Positions 11,501 through 24,700 of a stretch of DNA of 64,000 nucleotides are shown here, in pieces; within the stretch, counting starts at the first letter, position 1; every line of letters begins with the position of its first letter. The notes beneath the pieces are model-generated. The model worked only from the letters and a program-made list of their open reading frames with translations, did no database searches and had not been told where the DNA came from. This DNA is from Antedon mediterranea (taxonomy: Eukaryota; Animalia; Echinodermata): positions 868,001-932,000 of the forward strand of contig NC_092673.1 of the NCBI RefSeq assembly GCF_964355755.1, in the 5' to 3' direction. A program made the translations under genes and the position numbers.

Positions 11501-14500
11501 GTTGAATATTATAATCTTTCCTTTTCAATAATCAGATGTTGAAATGCAAAAATAAAAATAGAGATATTGTTTTCATCTACCTCAAGAGCACGCTTCAGGT
11601 CATCCTGTGCTTCTGCATCCACAAACAACACCTTGCCTTTGGCACTGGAGTGGCTAGCCACGCTCTTTGCCTTTCTAGGCGTCTTCTCGTTCCTGCTGCC
11701 TCCATCTTTAACAGCTTTGTTAGGCGTTTCAGGAGGCTGGTCTTTAGGCTGTACTGGAATCCAATGTTTTGTAAGACCGATTGCAAGAGCATTACAAAGG
11801 TTGACAAGAAGACAAGTTTCTCTGTAAAAAAAAATAAAATTTCCTAAAATCTCCAGTGGTCTAACACTAAGATGTATGCAAATCAAGCAGAAGATTTTGT
11901 AGTTTGAACAGTTTTCACCCTTACAGATGTCATCATCTTTATCATTTCTAAAATATTATCTATTTCAGTGCGCAGTTAAAACTATAAAAATATATTATAA
12001 GTTCTTTCTGTTGAAAATATATTTAATATATAAAACTTACCTAGCATGTCCCACTTGTTTCAAAGCCTCAAGCAACTTACTGAAAGTTTCAATAAGTTCC
12101 CTATGCCGACCTTCAACCAAAAGATGATTGTTATAGTTCCATAAATAGGTTGTAGCATTGCATACAATCCAAGGCTCACCCAGAGCACAACCGAGCTCAG
12201 CCGCACGGAGGAAGTGTGTAGTTGCAAACTGGGACAGGGAACTAATCCAGTCACTAACATAAAATATAAACAAATGATTAATGTACAATAAAATGCATGT
12301 ACCATATTTATATATTTGTTTGACCAACACCGACATACTTTGATGTGTAAAGCTATGTCTACACTATCAAACTTTATGCAACAAAAAAATGATGTCACAT
12401 CACTACCATATTTGGGAACGTTTTTTTTGTCGAACTAGTTTGATAGTGAAGACAGGGCTTTAGAGATGAACACCGGCATTCCCTAAGAAGACCTTTTGCA
12501 GTCAAAATTGTTTTTAAATTGGACGTGTCTATAACATTAAATGAGCATCACATTCCTTTACTTTCAGAATGTTACTGTCTTTTTTAAAATGTTTAATCAG
12601 GGAAGAGTGAAATTACTATTACAGTTGAACCTCCCGTAAATATCGTGCATAGCCATATATAATATTGGCCCCCTATAGACAGAACCTCCCATAAGCGATC
12701 ATAAGCGTGGCCGCTTACGGGAGGTTCAACTGTAATAGTAATTTCACTCTGCAAAGAACAAACAGGCTTTTTAAAGCAGTGGCCGCTTACAGAGGTTTAA
12801 CTGAGTACTACTATTAATTTCTTAAAATGTTCATTGATTAATAAAAAATGTCCATTATACCAATAAGCAATCCAGTCCTCGTCGTCCTCTGGCTTCTTTG
12901 CCACATAACCTTTTGGATGTTTTCGTTTATCTTCTGGCGGAATTGGCTTAGTGTTCAGTTTCAAGCCTTCAGATTGAAGAAGGTGAATCAACGCCTGAAA
13001 GTAATACAGATCATTACTAATGGGGAGCCTAAGTCAGGCCAAATAGGGAGTTTTTGATTGGTGATGACCAACGATTTACCTAGGTCAGGTCAAATAGGTA
13101 GCTTCTGATTGGTGATGAATGAAGACCTACATAGGTCAGGTCAAATAGGGAGCTTTTGATTGGTGATGACTGATGACCTACCTAGGTCAGGTCAACTGAT
13201 GTGTCATTGGTTGTCACTTGGACCATCCAGTGCCTAATGTCAACAGCAAATCCATGACTACTGAACTACTGAATGTTTAAAAAGTTTTATTTCAAAAGAA
13301 CATGGATTTATATATGCGTTTTCTAGTGATATACAGGTAAAAAGGCACAAGACACAACAATGCATTGCTTGATTGAATTTCATCAGTTCATGTAACAAGA
13401 TTGATGCATTTGATTTGAAACTATCTATTCATCTATCTATTAACTGCACATGCAAGAGGACAGCAGAATGATTATGGTTGTGGTCAACAATATATTCTAG
13501 GCTTTCAAATTTTACTAAAGCAAATACAATTATATAATACAACTACAGTAAAGTTGGTTCCCAATAGGATGCAAGCACAAGCAATGAATTCTAACTCTCA
13601 CTTGTAATTGGCCAAATTACTTGTCTTGCATCTATGTCCTAGTGGGAACCAGGCTCTAGTTTGTATTATTGCTGTACCAACCTCAGCATTTAAAAAGTAG
13701 ACTTCAGCAAGCATTCGTATCAGGTCTTTGTCACTGTGTGGCGTGGAAGGCTCTGTAGTGATCGTCTGTTCAGCTAGGCCAGTCTTTCTACGTTGCACTG
13801 TCTGTGCTTCTTCTCCAATACTATATTTTGATAAATAAAACTTTACATAATTCAACTTTGATTTAATTTTTTTTTTATTTTAATCTTTTTTGTTATTATT
13901 TATATATAAAGTGATTTTATAATTAAATCAAATTTTAAATTATTATTATTAGACTATTGTAGAAAGTGCAAGATCTCCTAACCCTTCATTGCGTGGTTCT
14001 GGTTTAGCAGCTGTCTGAGGGCGCTTCATTTGCCAACGTTCGTCATCGTACAATAAGCAGTACCTAGATGCTACACGACATACATCCCATACCCCTTGTT
14101 TACGTGCTGTTTTGGCAATATCTGCCCACAGTCTTGCTCTAAAAAAAATTACACCTCACTTTTATTTAAATTTGTTATGTGAAGAAATGCTTTCACATTA
14201 TATAGTAAACTTTATGAGCTCTGTATTCAATTTTAAAATTTGTTTCAAACAGACAGAAGATTTGTTTAATTCAAGGAAATTGTGTTTTGATGAGTGAAAG
14301 CTATAACTAATTTACAACAGTTGGTGTAAATTTTGATTGCCAATACGTACTAATTTTAGTGAAATGTGAATGGTAAACAAAACACAATGGCAAGCTACTT
14401 TAACTGTCAAGCTTGCATAGCATTACGGAAAAACCACTGACAGTAGATAGTAAACATGATAGAAGTTGTTACTTTACTACTTTAGTACAACACTTTACCT

Positions 14501-17500
14501 TTCTCTGTCATTTTCATTGCCCAGCCTCTCCAGATGACCATCAAGTTTCTTAACACAATTGATAAAATTGTTAGCCTTGGCTCCGAAGGTACTTAAGATA
14601 CCTTGATAACCTCGTCCAGTTCCTGCTTCGACTAAGACAAATAAGAAAACAAAAATTACTAATTTAAATTGGGAAGAATGTCCACAATATGTCACCAATC
14701 AAGAGAAAAGGCTAAATGACAAGAAGACTACACGACAACACGATCTACGTTCCTAGTTTAATCTCTGTTTTGTATTATGTTATGTTTTGTTATGTTATGT
14801 TTAGGATAGAATTGTTTTGCTATTTGTTTTTCTGTTATGTTTTATCTTTGAATGAGACAAGCACCATTATTTCCACTTGTTTTGTGGATGAAATAAAGTT
14901 ATCTTATCTTATGCTGGTTACTGTAACTTACAAGGTGTTTAAAGATAGCGACTGTTAACAATACATACCTTTCGTTTCACTCTCACTATCCAACACGTGT
15001 AAGAATGCATCTGGTGAAAGTGCCTGGCCTGCTCTGACAAGTAGAGAACGCTTCATTTGTATGCTGCCCGACTCTGCACTTGTACGAGCCTATAAAACCA
15101 AAAGCTTCTTTAATAGAAATATGTGAAAGGTAAGTAAAGTATCTCACCAACTGCAGAATTAAGAACTAGCCGAAAGCTGCACCTTCCAGCTTTGACCCAA
15201 CAGACAGATGGCCTAGCCCCAAAACGGTGATTTAAATTTGTGAAATGAATAAGTTTTTGGATTGGCAATGTTTAGAATAGTTGAAGTGTCACTTGTCCTA
15301 AGCACTTGCCCAAAGTGCTTGCCCAAATAGTTTATATTACCATTGAATTGGTACATTATCATCTACCTGTTCTATAATCATTGCAGCCTGATCTTCCATT
15401 CTTTCAGGTTGTTGGTATAATTCAGCTCTGAGGTTGAGTTGTTGAAGGGAGTGTTGCAATCTCTCGTTGTACTGGCCCCCATCATCCAACTCAATTGCCT
15501 ACAAATAAAATGTTTCAATTTTAATAAATTTTTTTATTTACCGACCCTGATCTTTATACAATGACAATAAACAATGAGTGGATTGATTGGTTGATCAATG
15601 AATGAAGTAGTCGGTAACCTTAAGTACAGTATTATAGCACATACATGTATTGCATGAAGTAGTCGGTAACCTTAAGTACAGTATATAGCACATACATGTA
15701 TTGCATGAAGTAGTCAGTAACCTTAAGTACAGTATTATAGGACATACATGTATTGAATGAAGTAGTCGGTAACCTTAAGTACAGTATTATAGCACATGTA
15801 TTGCATGAAGTAGTCGGTAACCTTAAGTACAGTATTATAGGACATACATGTATTGCATGAAGTAGTCGGTAACCTTTAGTACAGTATTATAGCACATACA
15901 TGTATTGAATGAAGTAGTCGGTAACCTTAAGTACAGTATTATAGCACATACATGTATTGCATTATGTAGTCGGTAACCTTAAGTACAGTATTATAGCACA
16001 TACATGTATTGCATGAAGTAGTCGGTAACCTTAAGTACAGTATTATAGCACATACATGTATTGAATGAAGTAGTCGGTAACCTTAAGTACAGTATTATAG
16101 CACATACATGTATTGAATTTTTAAATGAAACCATGATTCATGATTATTACTAACACAATACAAAACATTGTAAAAGCTCTGCGTACATTATCAAACCAGT
16201 TTAACAAAAAATATGGTAGTGATATGCCTAAAAATGGTAGTTGTATGCCTAAATATGGTAGTGATATGCCTAAAAATGGTAGTTGTATGCCCAAAAATGG
16301 TTGTTATATGCTTAAATATGGTAGTTATATGCCTAAATATGGTAGATATATGCTTAATACTGTAGTGATATAGTAAGCAAGTAATATTTATTGCTTTCCA
16401 AGAACAGTACAATTTATAAAACAGCATAAAATATGAATGAAAATAAATACATAAAATAATACAAACAAAACATGGAAAGCATGGGATAACCCTTTAAGCC
16501 CAAAGGCTGGTTTCCAAAGGGTTCCCCATCAACATGTCCATATATAGGCACTAAAGTTTGATAGTGTAGACAGAGCTTTTAGTTTTCATACTTTTTTGTT
16601 TACTTGTTTAGATGAAAGTGTTTTTATAAGAATGTTTGACTTTTTGACCTGTACATATTAATGTAGGCCTAACATACATCTAAAGAACAGTAATTTGTTA
16701 CAGTCAATGTTAGTAATTAAAATTGAAAATCCATGCTAATTTGTAATGGAAACATTTTTTTTTAAACCTTGAGCAATTCATATTACTAATATTGGAAATT
16801 GTCAATAATTAGAATTTTGAATTGATGGAGATTACAGTATATGTGTCATGTTAAAGTCACAAATAGCAAAGGTTTGTGTTGTAATGTACAGTAGCTTACA
16901 AAGCAGCTACAAAGTTTTCAAGTTTTTAGGTATTTTTTATAAACGTTTTTATGCCTATGCCTTTGGGTATCCCAGCTGTTTAAATAATGATACCATTCTA
17001 ACCCTTGGTATCAAACTTGGAAAATTTAGAAAGTGTATTAACAATGGAATTGTCAGTCTTAGGAGGTGAGAAATACATAACTTACCAGGAGCAAACAGAA
17101 TCTTAACAGAATCTTAACAGAATCTTAACTGTTCTTACTTCATCAAATTAATACAAAACTAAATATACAAAATAACATAGAAAGTAGTACAAAACCATTT
17201 TTCACCACACAATAATTGTTGTTTCTTTTCTCTTTCTTTTTTACTGTTAACAAGTCAGTAGAATTTGTGCTGCTTGATATTATGTAATTGTGAACCATTA
17301 TTAACTTTTTGTACCATTATAATATATCGTAATAACTGTATGAATTTATTTTGTAAACATTTTGTATGGGTCAAACCTCTTGTTACGAGAGTGTTCCTCC
17401 GTTTTAAAGGAGAGTAACCAATAAATATTATTATTATTATTATTACACATTCTACGAACAACCCATAAACTAAAACCTACATACAACACAATATGTTGAA

Positions 17501-20500
17501 TAATTTGAGATAAAAATATTTTATGAGCTGTAAAGCCTAAAGAAAAGTAATTGATCCTACATTCTAGGAAATAACATATTATGAACCTAAAAACATATTT
17601 GGCTAATTGGCCTTCTAATGTAAACAAGAATTTTATATTGTACCTACAGTATACAATGACCAATGGCAATATATCAGATTGATACAAAAGAGAATTATGG
17701 TCATGTTTTATATTAGAGATGGTTGAGTAATCAAGTGGTTTGTCACTGCCCAGTGCGAGAGTTAAGGAATTGGCCTACCTTTTTCAGATGTGACATCGCA
17801 ACCTGAACTTGTTCATTATCCTCCTCACACCGTGCCAGTTCTGTGTGAATCTCACATCGCAATAATATCAACAAACTAAAAAATAAAATAAAATACCTCT
17901 TTTTGCAAATTCTGTAACCCATCTAATATGACACTTCAAATACTCATGCAGAAAATGCGTAAAAGTTTAATAAAAAAATTAAATAACTTCTTCCTTTAAA
18001 CTAACATTCTGCACTTGGATATAGACAAAAATATATGAAACAAAATTCTCAATTCTCCTAAAACAAGCTGAAATAAATGTGGTATTTGTGATAGCAGATT
18101 AAAATTATATCTGATTACAATTACAATATAAATATACAATTATGGCTTTTTTTTCCTTTCTATAGAATGTACAGTACATATCATCAATCAACATCATCTT
18201 CCTTTACTGTGTAGAACATTACTTGATGCATCTTCAAATTTCTTTCTAAAATTTTGTGTTCCAATTTTATTATGTTTTAAACATATTTCATTTTTTTTCT
18301 CTATAAAATCAATATCAAGAAAAAGATAATGAATGTGTTTATGGCCTCTAAACATAAAACTCGAAGAAAATCTAAATTTATTGATGAACTAAATCAGAGC
18401 CAATCGATCAACCTAAATATCAATAATTATCATCATAACAAAAAAAATACGAATGAACGTCGTTATGACCTACAAACATAACCTTAAACAAATCGACATC
18501 GAACTTAGAATAAAAAAAAAATCAAATCAAGTGATCACATGTTCCAATTCTACTAATTGTAAATGACAGGTACAAATTACAGTCCTATAATCACGTAATT
18601 AGTGATTATATAAGTATTGGCATACGTTTTATTTTGATGTATTTAATATGTTAAGTCACATCAAATCATTTATCTTACAAGTCCACATGTTCACCAATCG
18701 GCCAATTTTTTAAATCATACCTGTCAATTGCCTCCAATGCCTGTGCAATTAGCGTCAGTGGTTTTCTGACGTGATGTCTCAGGTTTGGTTGTAACAGCGG
18801 TAAACAGACATTCCACATTGTCGTACAGCCAACTTGTACAACATTTGGGTCACCGTGTCTAATTGCGTTTTGAATGGCCTCATTTAGGCGATGAATACAT
18901 TGCAATCGAACCTGCAACATGTAATGCATACATTTACAGTAGATAATTCTTATATTTCAATCTCATGTTAAATGAAAAAAAAATTGCGGAGAAATAAAAA
19001 AAATAAATATAATCTTGCAATAGTTGTTCCTCACAGTTAAATTCATCCCGATGATGATCCAGCAAACTCATTACCTGTAATGTTTATTCCATTTACTAAG
19101 GGCACTTCTCTAGATACAAATTAATAATAATAATAATATTTTATTAGTATATTTTAAGTACAATCTTGCCAGGGGTAAGCAATAGGCATAGGCCGAACAG
19201 ATAAATTATATTAACAATTTCCAACTTGGGTAAGGTTGTATACTAACCTCTACTGACGTTTTGGTGTACATTTCTTGCTTGTCACCTAGGTTACGAACCA
19301 CTACTTCTGCTTCAAGAAATTCCAATTCAAGCAATACTCTAGTTTCCTGCAAAAAGAAATTCAATAGTATAATTAATAAAATATTATCTAAACCACTGCA
19401 TACAATTTTGAGTATATTAATTTCAGTTTAAAATTAGGAAAGCAAATTTAGATAAAAAATGACACACTTTTGAAATCGATCAAATTTTGATCAAAATAAA
19501 GTTGGTTGGCCTAAATAACGACGGTTGGCCTAAATACCCAGATGGATAATTGTTTATAGATAGTAGGCTTAATTTTGAAGATTACTAGACTTACCTTTAT
19601 CGGGCATGTCTTGATAGCCGTAATAGTCCGACTAGCTACATCAGCTTCATCTTGTTCCAAACAAAGCCTGCATAACTCAATCAACAATAATGGCCTAAAC
19701 ATTATGATGAAAAGAAATAATGATTACAGTAGAAAAAATCAATCAAAAAAATAATTGTAATTTTTCATCTATGATTAGAAAATGTTATTGTTACAAGTAT
19801 TATTTTTGGATTTTGTTGGATTTAATGAATATATGAATGTAGGTAATAACTTAAAGTAAAACGTATGAGGTATCATGATCTGTGTATATGCCAATATAAT
19901 GTAGTGCTAAATTGCCTAGCAGAAGTATATATATCAAATTCAAGGCACGAGAATGACATACAAAATATTAAAAATATTGATTATTACAGAACCTATTATT
20001 GAGTGAAATAAATTAGATTCAATTCAAATTCTAGAAAAATGGTATTTAAAAAAAAGAAATATATAACTGTGTACAAAATCTATAAAATTGATAGCAACAG
20101 GATGCAACAAGACGAACATTCAATATAAAACAAGAACAAGTAACAATCAGAAAATCTGTCGTTTGTGATTGGTAGCTAACTTGCATCCTAAAGGGAACTA
20201 ATTAACCTTTACTAATACTATAACTACATCTACACTACATTTCTTTTTCTGTTTAAACTTTTTTTAAGTCAGTTTTAGTACCCATTGGCTTCTGCAATCT
20301 GTTATATTCTGCAATGAAATTAAGTTATGATTATTAATGTTTTTTTTTTTTATTTTATTTTATTTTTTATTTTATTCTATCGAAACCAACAGCGATAATT
20401 ACCGCCACTAACAGGTTTGATACAAACAAAGCCAGGAATGTTTAAAGCACCTTGATTGGTCCTGATATTGATCAAGGGCTTCTCTCGTCCAGTGCCCACC

Positions 20501-21692
20501 TTGACCAGAGGTCTGTGGCAGATACTAGATGCAGGGGCTGCCATAAGAGTCAGCAGTGCTGATTTCAAATGCCTAATGGGACCCCAGCTCCGTATACAGC
20601 ACCCGCTATTCCCAGATGGTCTCCCATCCAAGCTCTAACCAGGCCCAACGTTGCTTAACTTCGGTGATCTGACGAGAACCGGTGTTTCCACGTGGTATAT
20701 AGATACCTTAATATATTGATATCATTATATAATAAACTTATATCTATGTTCACATATTATATATATGAACACAAATATATGTTGAAGGACAAGTGTTTCC
20801 AGAAGGCTGTTTTACTTTATCGTTTGATTTAGCTTTTTGCTTATTTTATTTTGTATTTCCATTGAGATCCAGCCTATGATACCCACGGCATTGTCATTAT
20901 TTTCAGTAATTTGCCTTTGGATTTATATACTGTATACAGTAAATATATATAACAAACTAAGAAAAATCTTCAACCGAAACACCATCAAGATTAGCTACAG
21001 TTGTATGAACAATATGAAACAGATAATAGACAGTCACAACAAGAGAATACTCAACCAGCCCGAAACAACATCCATGGAAAACACGCAAGAAATCAAAACA
21101 TGCAACTGCCGACAGAAAAACACATGCCCGCTAAACGGAAATTGCCTACAATCATCTGTAATATACCAAGCCACAGTTACACGCAAAGACAAATCCACCT
21201 CGGAAACTTATATCAGACTCACTGAAAATGATTTTAAAACACGATACAGAAATCACACCTCATCATTCCGTCATACACGTTCTAGAAACTCAACCGAACT
21301 CAGTAAACATATTTGGACACTTAAGGACAACAACACAGACTATTCAATCTCATGGCGCATCTTGGCATCTGCTAAAGCATATAGTAGCGCAAACAAAAAA
21401 TGCAACCTCTGCCTCAAAGAGAAATTATTTATCATCCGCCACCCTGAATTATCGACATTAAACAAACGCAACAAACTCGTGTCCGCCTGCCGGCACAGAA
21501 AGAAAGCATTGTTACATAACAGCTGACATTCCAAAACATATCACCTGTAAATGCTAATTCTACAAGTAGTGCTTATAAGAAACGTTGTAATTGATTGTTC
21601 TCATTATAGTCTCCTGATGAGTGAGTTGCACAACTCACGAAACAAGCCTGTAGAGACCAAACTGTAGTTTTTACTTCTTTTCCAGACTTAAC

Positions 21693-21750
<58 letters not shown>

Positions 21751-24700
21751 CATTAGGATTTTAAATATAATAATCAAAATATAATATAATAGTAATACTA
21801 CTACTACTTACTAAAAAACAACACAACAAAATAGACATGCATTGCATAAGACTAAGTTATTTTTTATGTATGTATAAACATAGATTTTTTTTTGTGTGGA
21901 CAGGTGTATATTTGCAATTCAATATCATAGTAATTTCTTGATTATAATACCTTAATAATGTACAAAATAGACATGCATTGCATAAGATGGTGTAACTAAG
22001 CTAAGTTTTGTAAGGCATGTGAGTACAGATTTTTTGTGGACAGGAGTACTTTTGCAATTAAATATTATACTGACTGACAGATAGTCAACAATTCTATTAT
22101 GTATTATACTTTTTTTCCAATTCAGCTTAAAGTGAAAACACTTTTTTATAGTTTATTTTACAAGTGCAAGCTTTTTTTTTCTCTTTTTGATATTGTAGTT
22201 ATACGCATCCAACAGTGGTTAACTCGACCAAATTACAGGATTTATAATTTATCATAATTATAATTTATAATTTATTCATGCTTATAAACTATTAGTCTCA
22301 TTTGAGGCTTAGGGAGTGGAGTTGAAAGAGTTGTGAGTTACAACCCTGGCACTAGGGCAGGTTTGAACCCTGGACCTTGGGATTGGAAGGCAAACATGTT
22401 AACCACCAAGCTACAGCTCCACTACAAATTTATTGCTGCAACGCTTCTGCTTTTGAATAAATTGATCAAATTTATTTAGATGAAGACTCACTTCTCTTTC
22501 TTTGTAGGAGGAACTACCGATGTTGTTTTCCATTTAGTTACAGCAGATTTCCTATTAGCAAAGCAGCATGGGATAAAGCAAAGCAAAGGTTAACACAAAA
22601 AGCATGAAAGCGGTTAGTAAAGTACAGATACAATGATTTCATTATGATTACAAAAATAATATTGGTAAGAATAAATAAATTGATTTTGATTAAATAAAGT
22701 ATTTTATATTTTCAGTATATACTGTGTATGTGCTGTTTATGCCAAGAAGAAAACAATATTTATCTTGTACCTTTTTTCATACTCTCAACAAATATGACCA
22801 TGGTAGTTCCACTATAAACTCCAGTATAAAGGTCTTTCTACACAAACTTTACTTTCCTTTGTTTTTAGAGAAGCATCAGAGTATAGTATGAAAGAGGTAC
22901 AAAATAGTGCATGCTATGCAGTATTAGAAATGAAGCTACATTTCCAAAATGAAATTATTTTTGTTCACCACAATTGAAATAAGAAAATTTAAATATTCAC
23001 TGCACTTGAATTTATATTAATATTATTAGTAATTGACCAATGAAAAGATCCAATAGTGTGGAAATAAAATGAGAATAAACAGTGAAGAGATTATTACTTT
23101 TCTTAATATCACAGTGTGCTATCAGTAGTAATATAATAGATAAATCATTTCTCAATTTGACAATCTTGGTGAACAGCAAAATTGTATCTTGGTTGAATCT
23201 TATATTTAATCAATATTAAAATAAAATATTATAATGGGGTAAAAAGAGGGAAAAGAATGGAAATATTCTGTTTTCAATTAAAAGACCTCGAAATATAAAC
23301 AATAATTTTAGTTCTTGCAAGGTATATGCACATATCATCAACTGGTAAAGACAGCACTTTGGTACCACAATAAAAATAGATGAAATTTGTATTGTCCATG
23401 GTGAGAGTTTTAATTGTTATAAACAGCCTGGGGAAGGTTTTAAGCCCTGTCTATACTATCAAACTTTAGGTGACAAAAAAATGTGATGTGCCCATATATG
23501 GACATGATGATCTCATATCACTACCATATTTGGGCACATCACACTTTTTTTTGTTAAATTATTTTGATAGTGTAGAGAGAGCTTTAAGGAATGGATGGGA
23601 AGGTTGTGGGACACTCACAACTCAGATATTGTTGGAGAAAGATCATCATCATCATCTGAATTCTCTTCACTGAATGTGTGTGAACCGGTGTCAATGCTAT
23701 AGTTAGAAACAACATTCAACATGTTAAACATTAGATTAATTCACAAAAACCCAAATAAGGTTAAGAAGATTGCAATGTTAGATAAACAAAGATAAATGAA
23801 ATTGTTATTTCACATTTAGACATATAATTAATTAAAAGAAAATTAATACTTTTATAGATCAAACAATTATTAATAAGTGATAATTTTTTAACAAAAGCAT
23901 TGAGAATATTTACTACTAAAGCTCTGTCTACACTATCAAACTTTATGTCACAACAAAATGTGATGTGCCCATATGGACATGATTATGTCATATCACTACT
24001 ATAGCATATTACTACCATATTGGGCACATCACATTTTTTTGGTCAAACTAGTTTGATAGCATCATAGTACAGATTTCTTTTCAAACTCAAACTGGACGAG
24101 TTAGGTGACCGCAATGTGCACATAAATTTGATGTACATATGACCTGAAAAGTATGGTGTGTACATAATATAGGATAGTATAGATGCATGGTGATATTATG
24201 TGAACAACCTATATTTCAATGTTTACACTTGATGATGTCATCAAATAAAAAATGAAGATAACACTTCTTTCTTTAAAATTAATGTTTAAATCATGGTTCT
24301 AGTTACAAATGTGGATTGATAATGTGTAGACGAAGCATCACAACTCAATTGCTGTTCCTTACTATTACAAAACCATATGCATTTCATGAAACATGCTAAA
24401 ACCTTTATGACTTTCAATAAACAAAAAACAGTAAAGATGTAAGAAAGCTCTTTCATTCGTTCATTATCCTACAAGAATCAATTTTAGTATTCAACAACTT
24501 TCATTATAATCAATTTTCTCAAATTCGTTTTTTCGCAATTTTGTCATAATGTCAGTTTTGATTATGCTGTAGTATTTCACATGTATCATTAAAATGGTAT
24601 TGGTCGTGGGACAGAGGGTTAATGATAACATTATAATCAAAATGACACCATTGATTGGTAACTTGAAGGTCAATGGTTCAAATCCCCCAGGCCTCAATGT

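Noticed and set aside
17250-17700. Possible decayed Crack/Daphne LINE fragments (also 26450-26780 and 43420-43760)
   Set aside because: Only faint motif resemblance and A-rich or (TTGAA)n tails; too degraded to call without a profile search.
20592-20706. Functional 5S rRNA gene
   Set aside because: Single copy, altered 5' end, no oligo-T terminator, followed by a body and A-rich tail: better explained as a SINE head.
20837-20950. Hydrophobic N-terminus of the 229-aa ORF as a signal or TM segment
   Set aside because: AT-rich flank upstream of the PLE truncation point; a chance open frame.
24640-24697. tRNA gene candidate (B box GGTTCAAATCC)
   Set aside because: No A box or acceptor stem; at most a SINE remnant.
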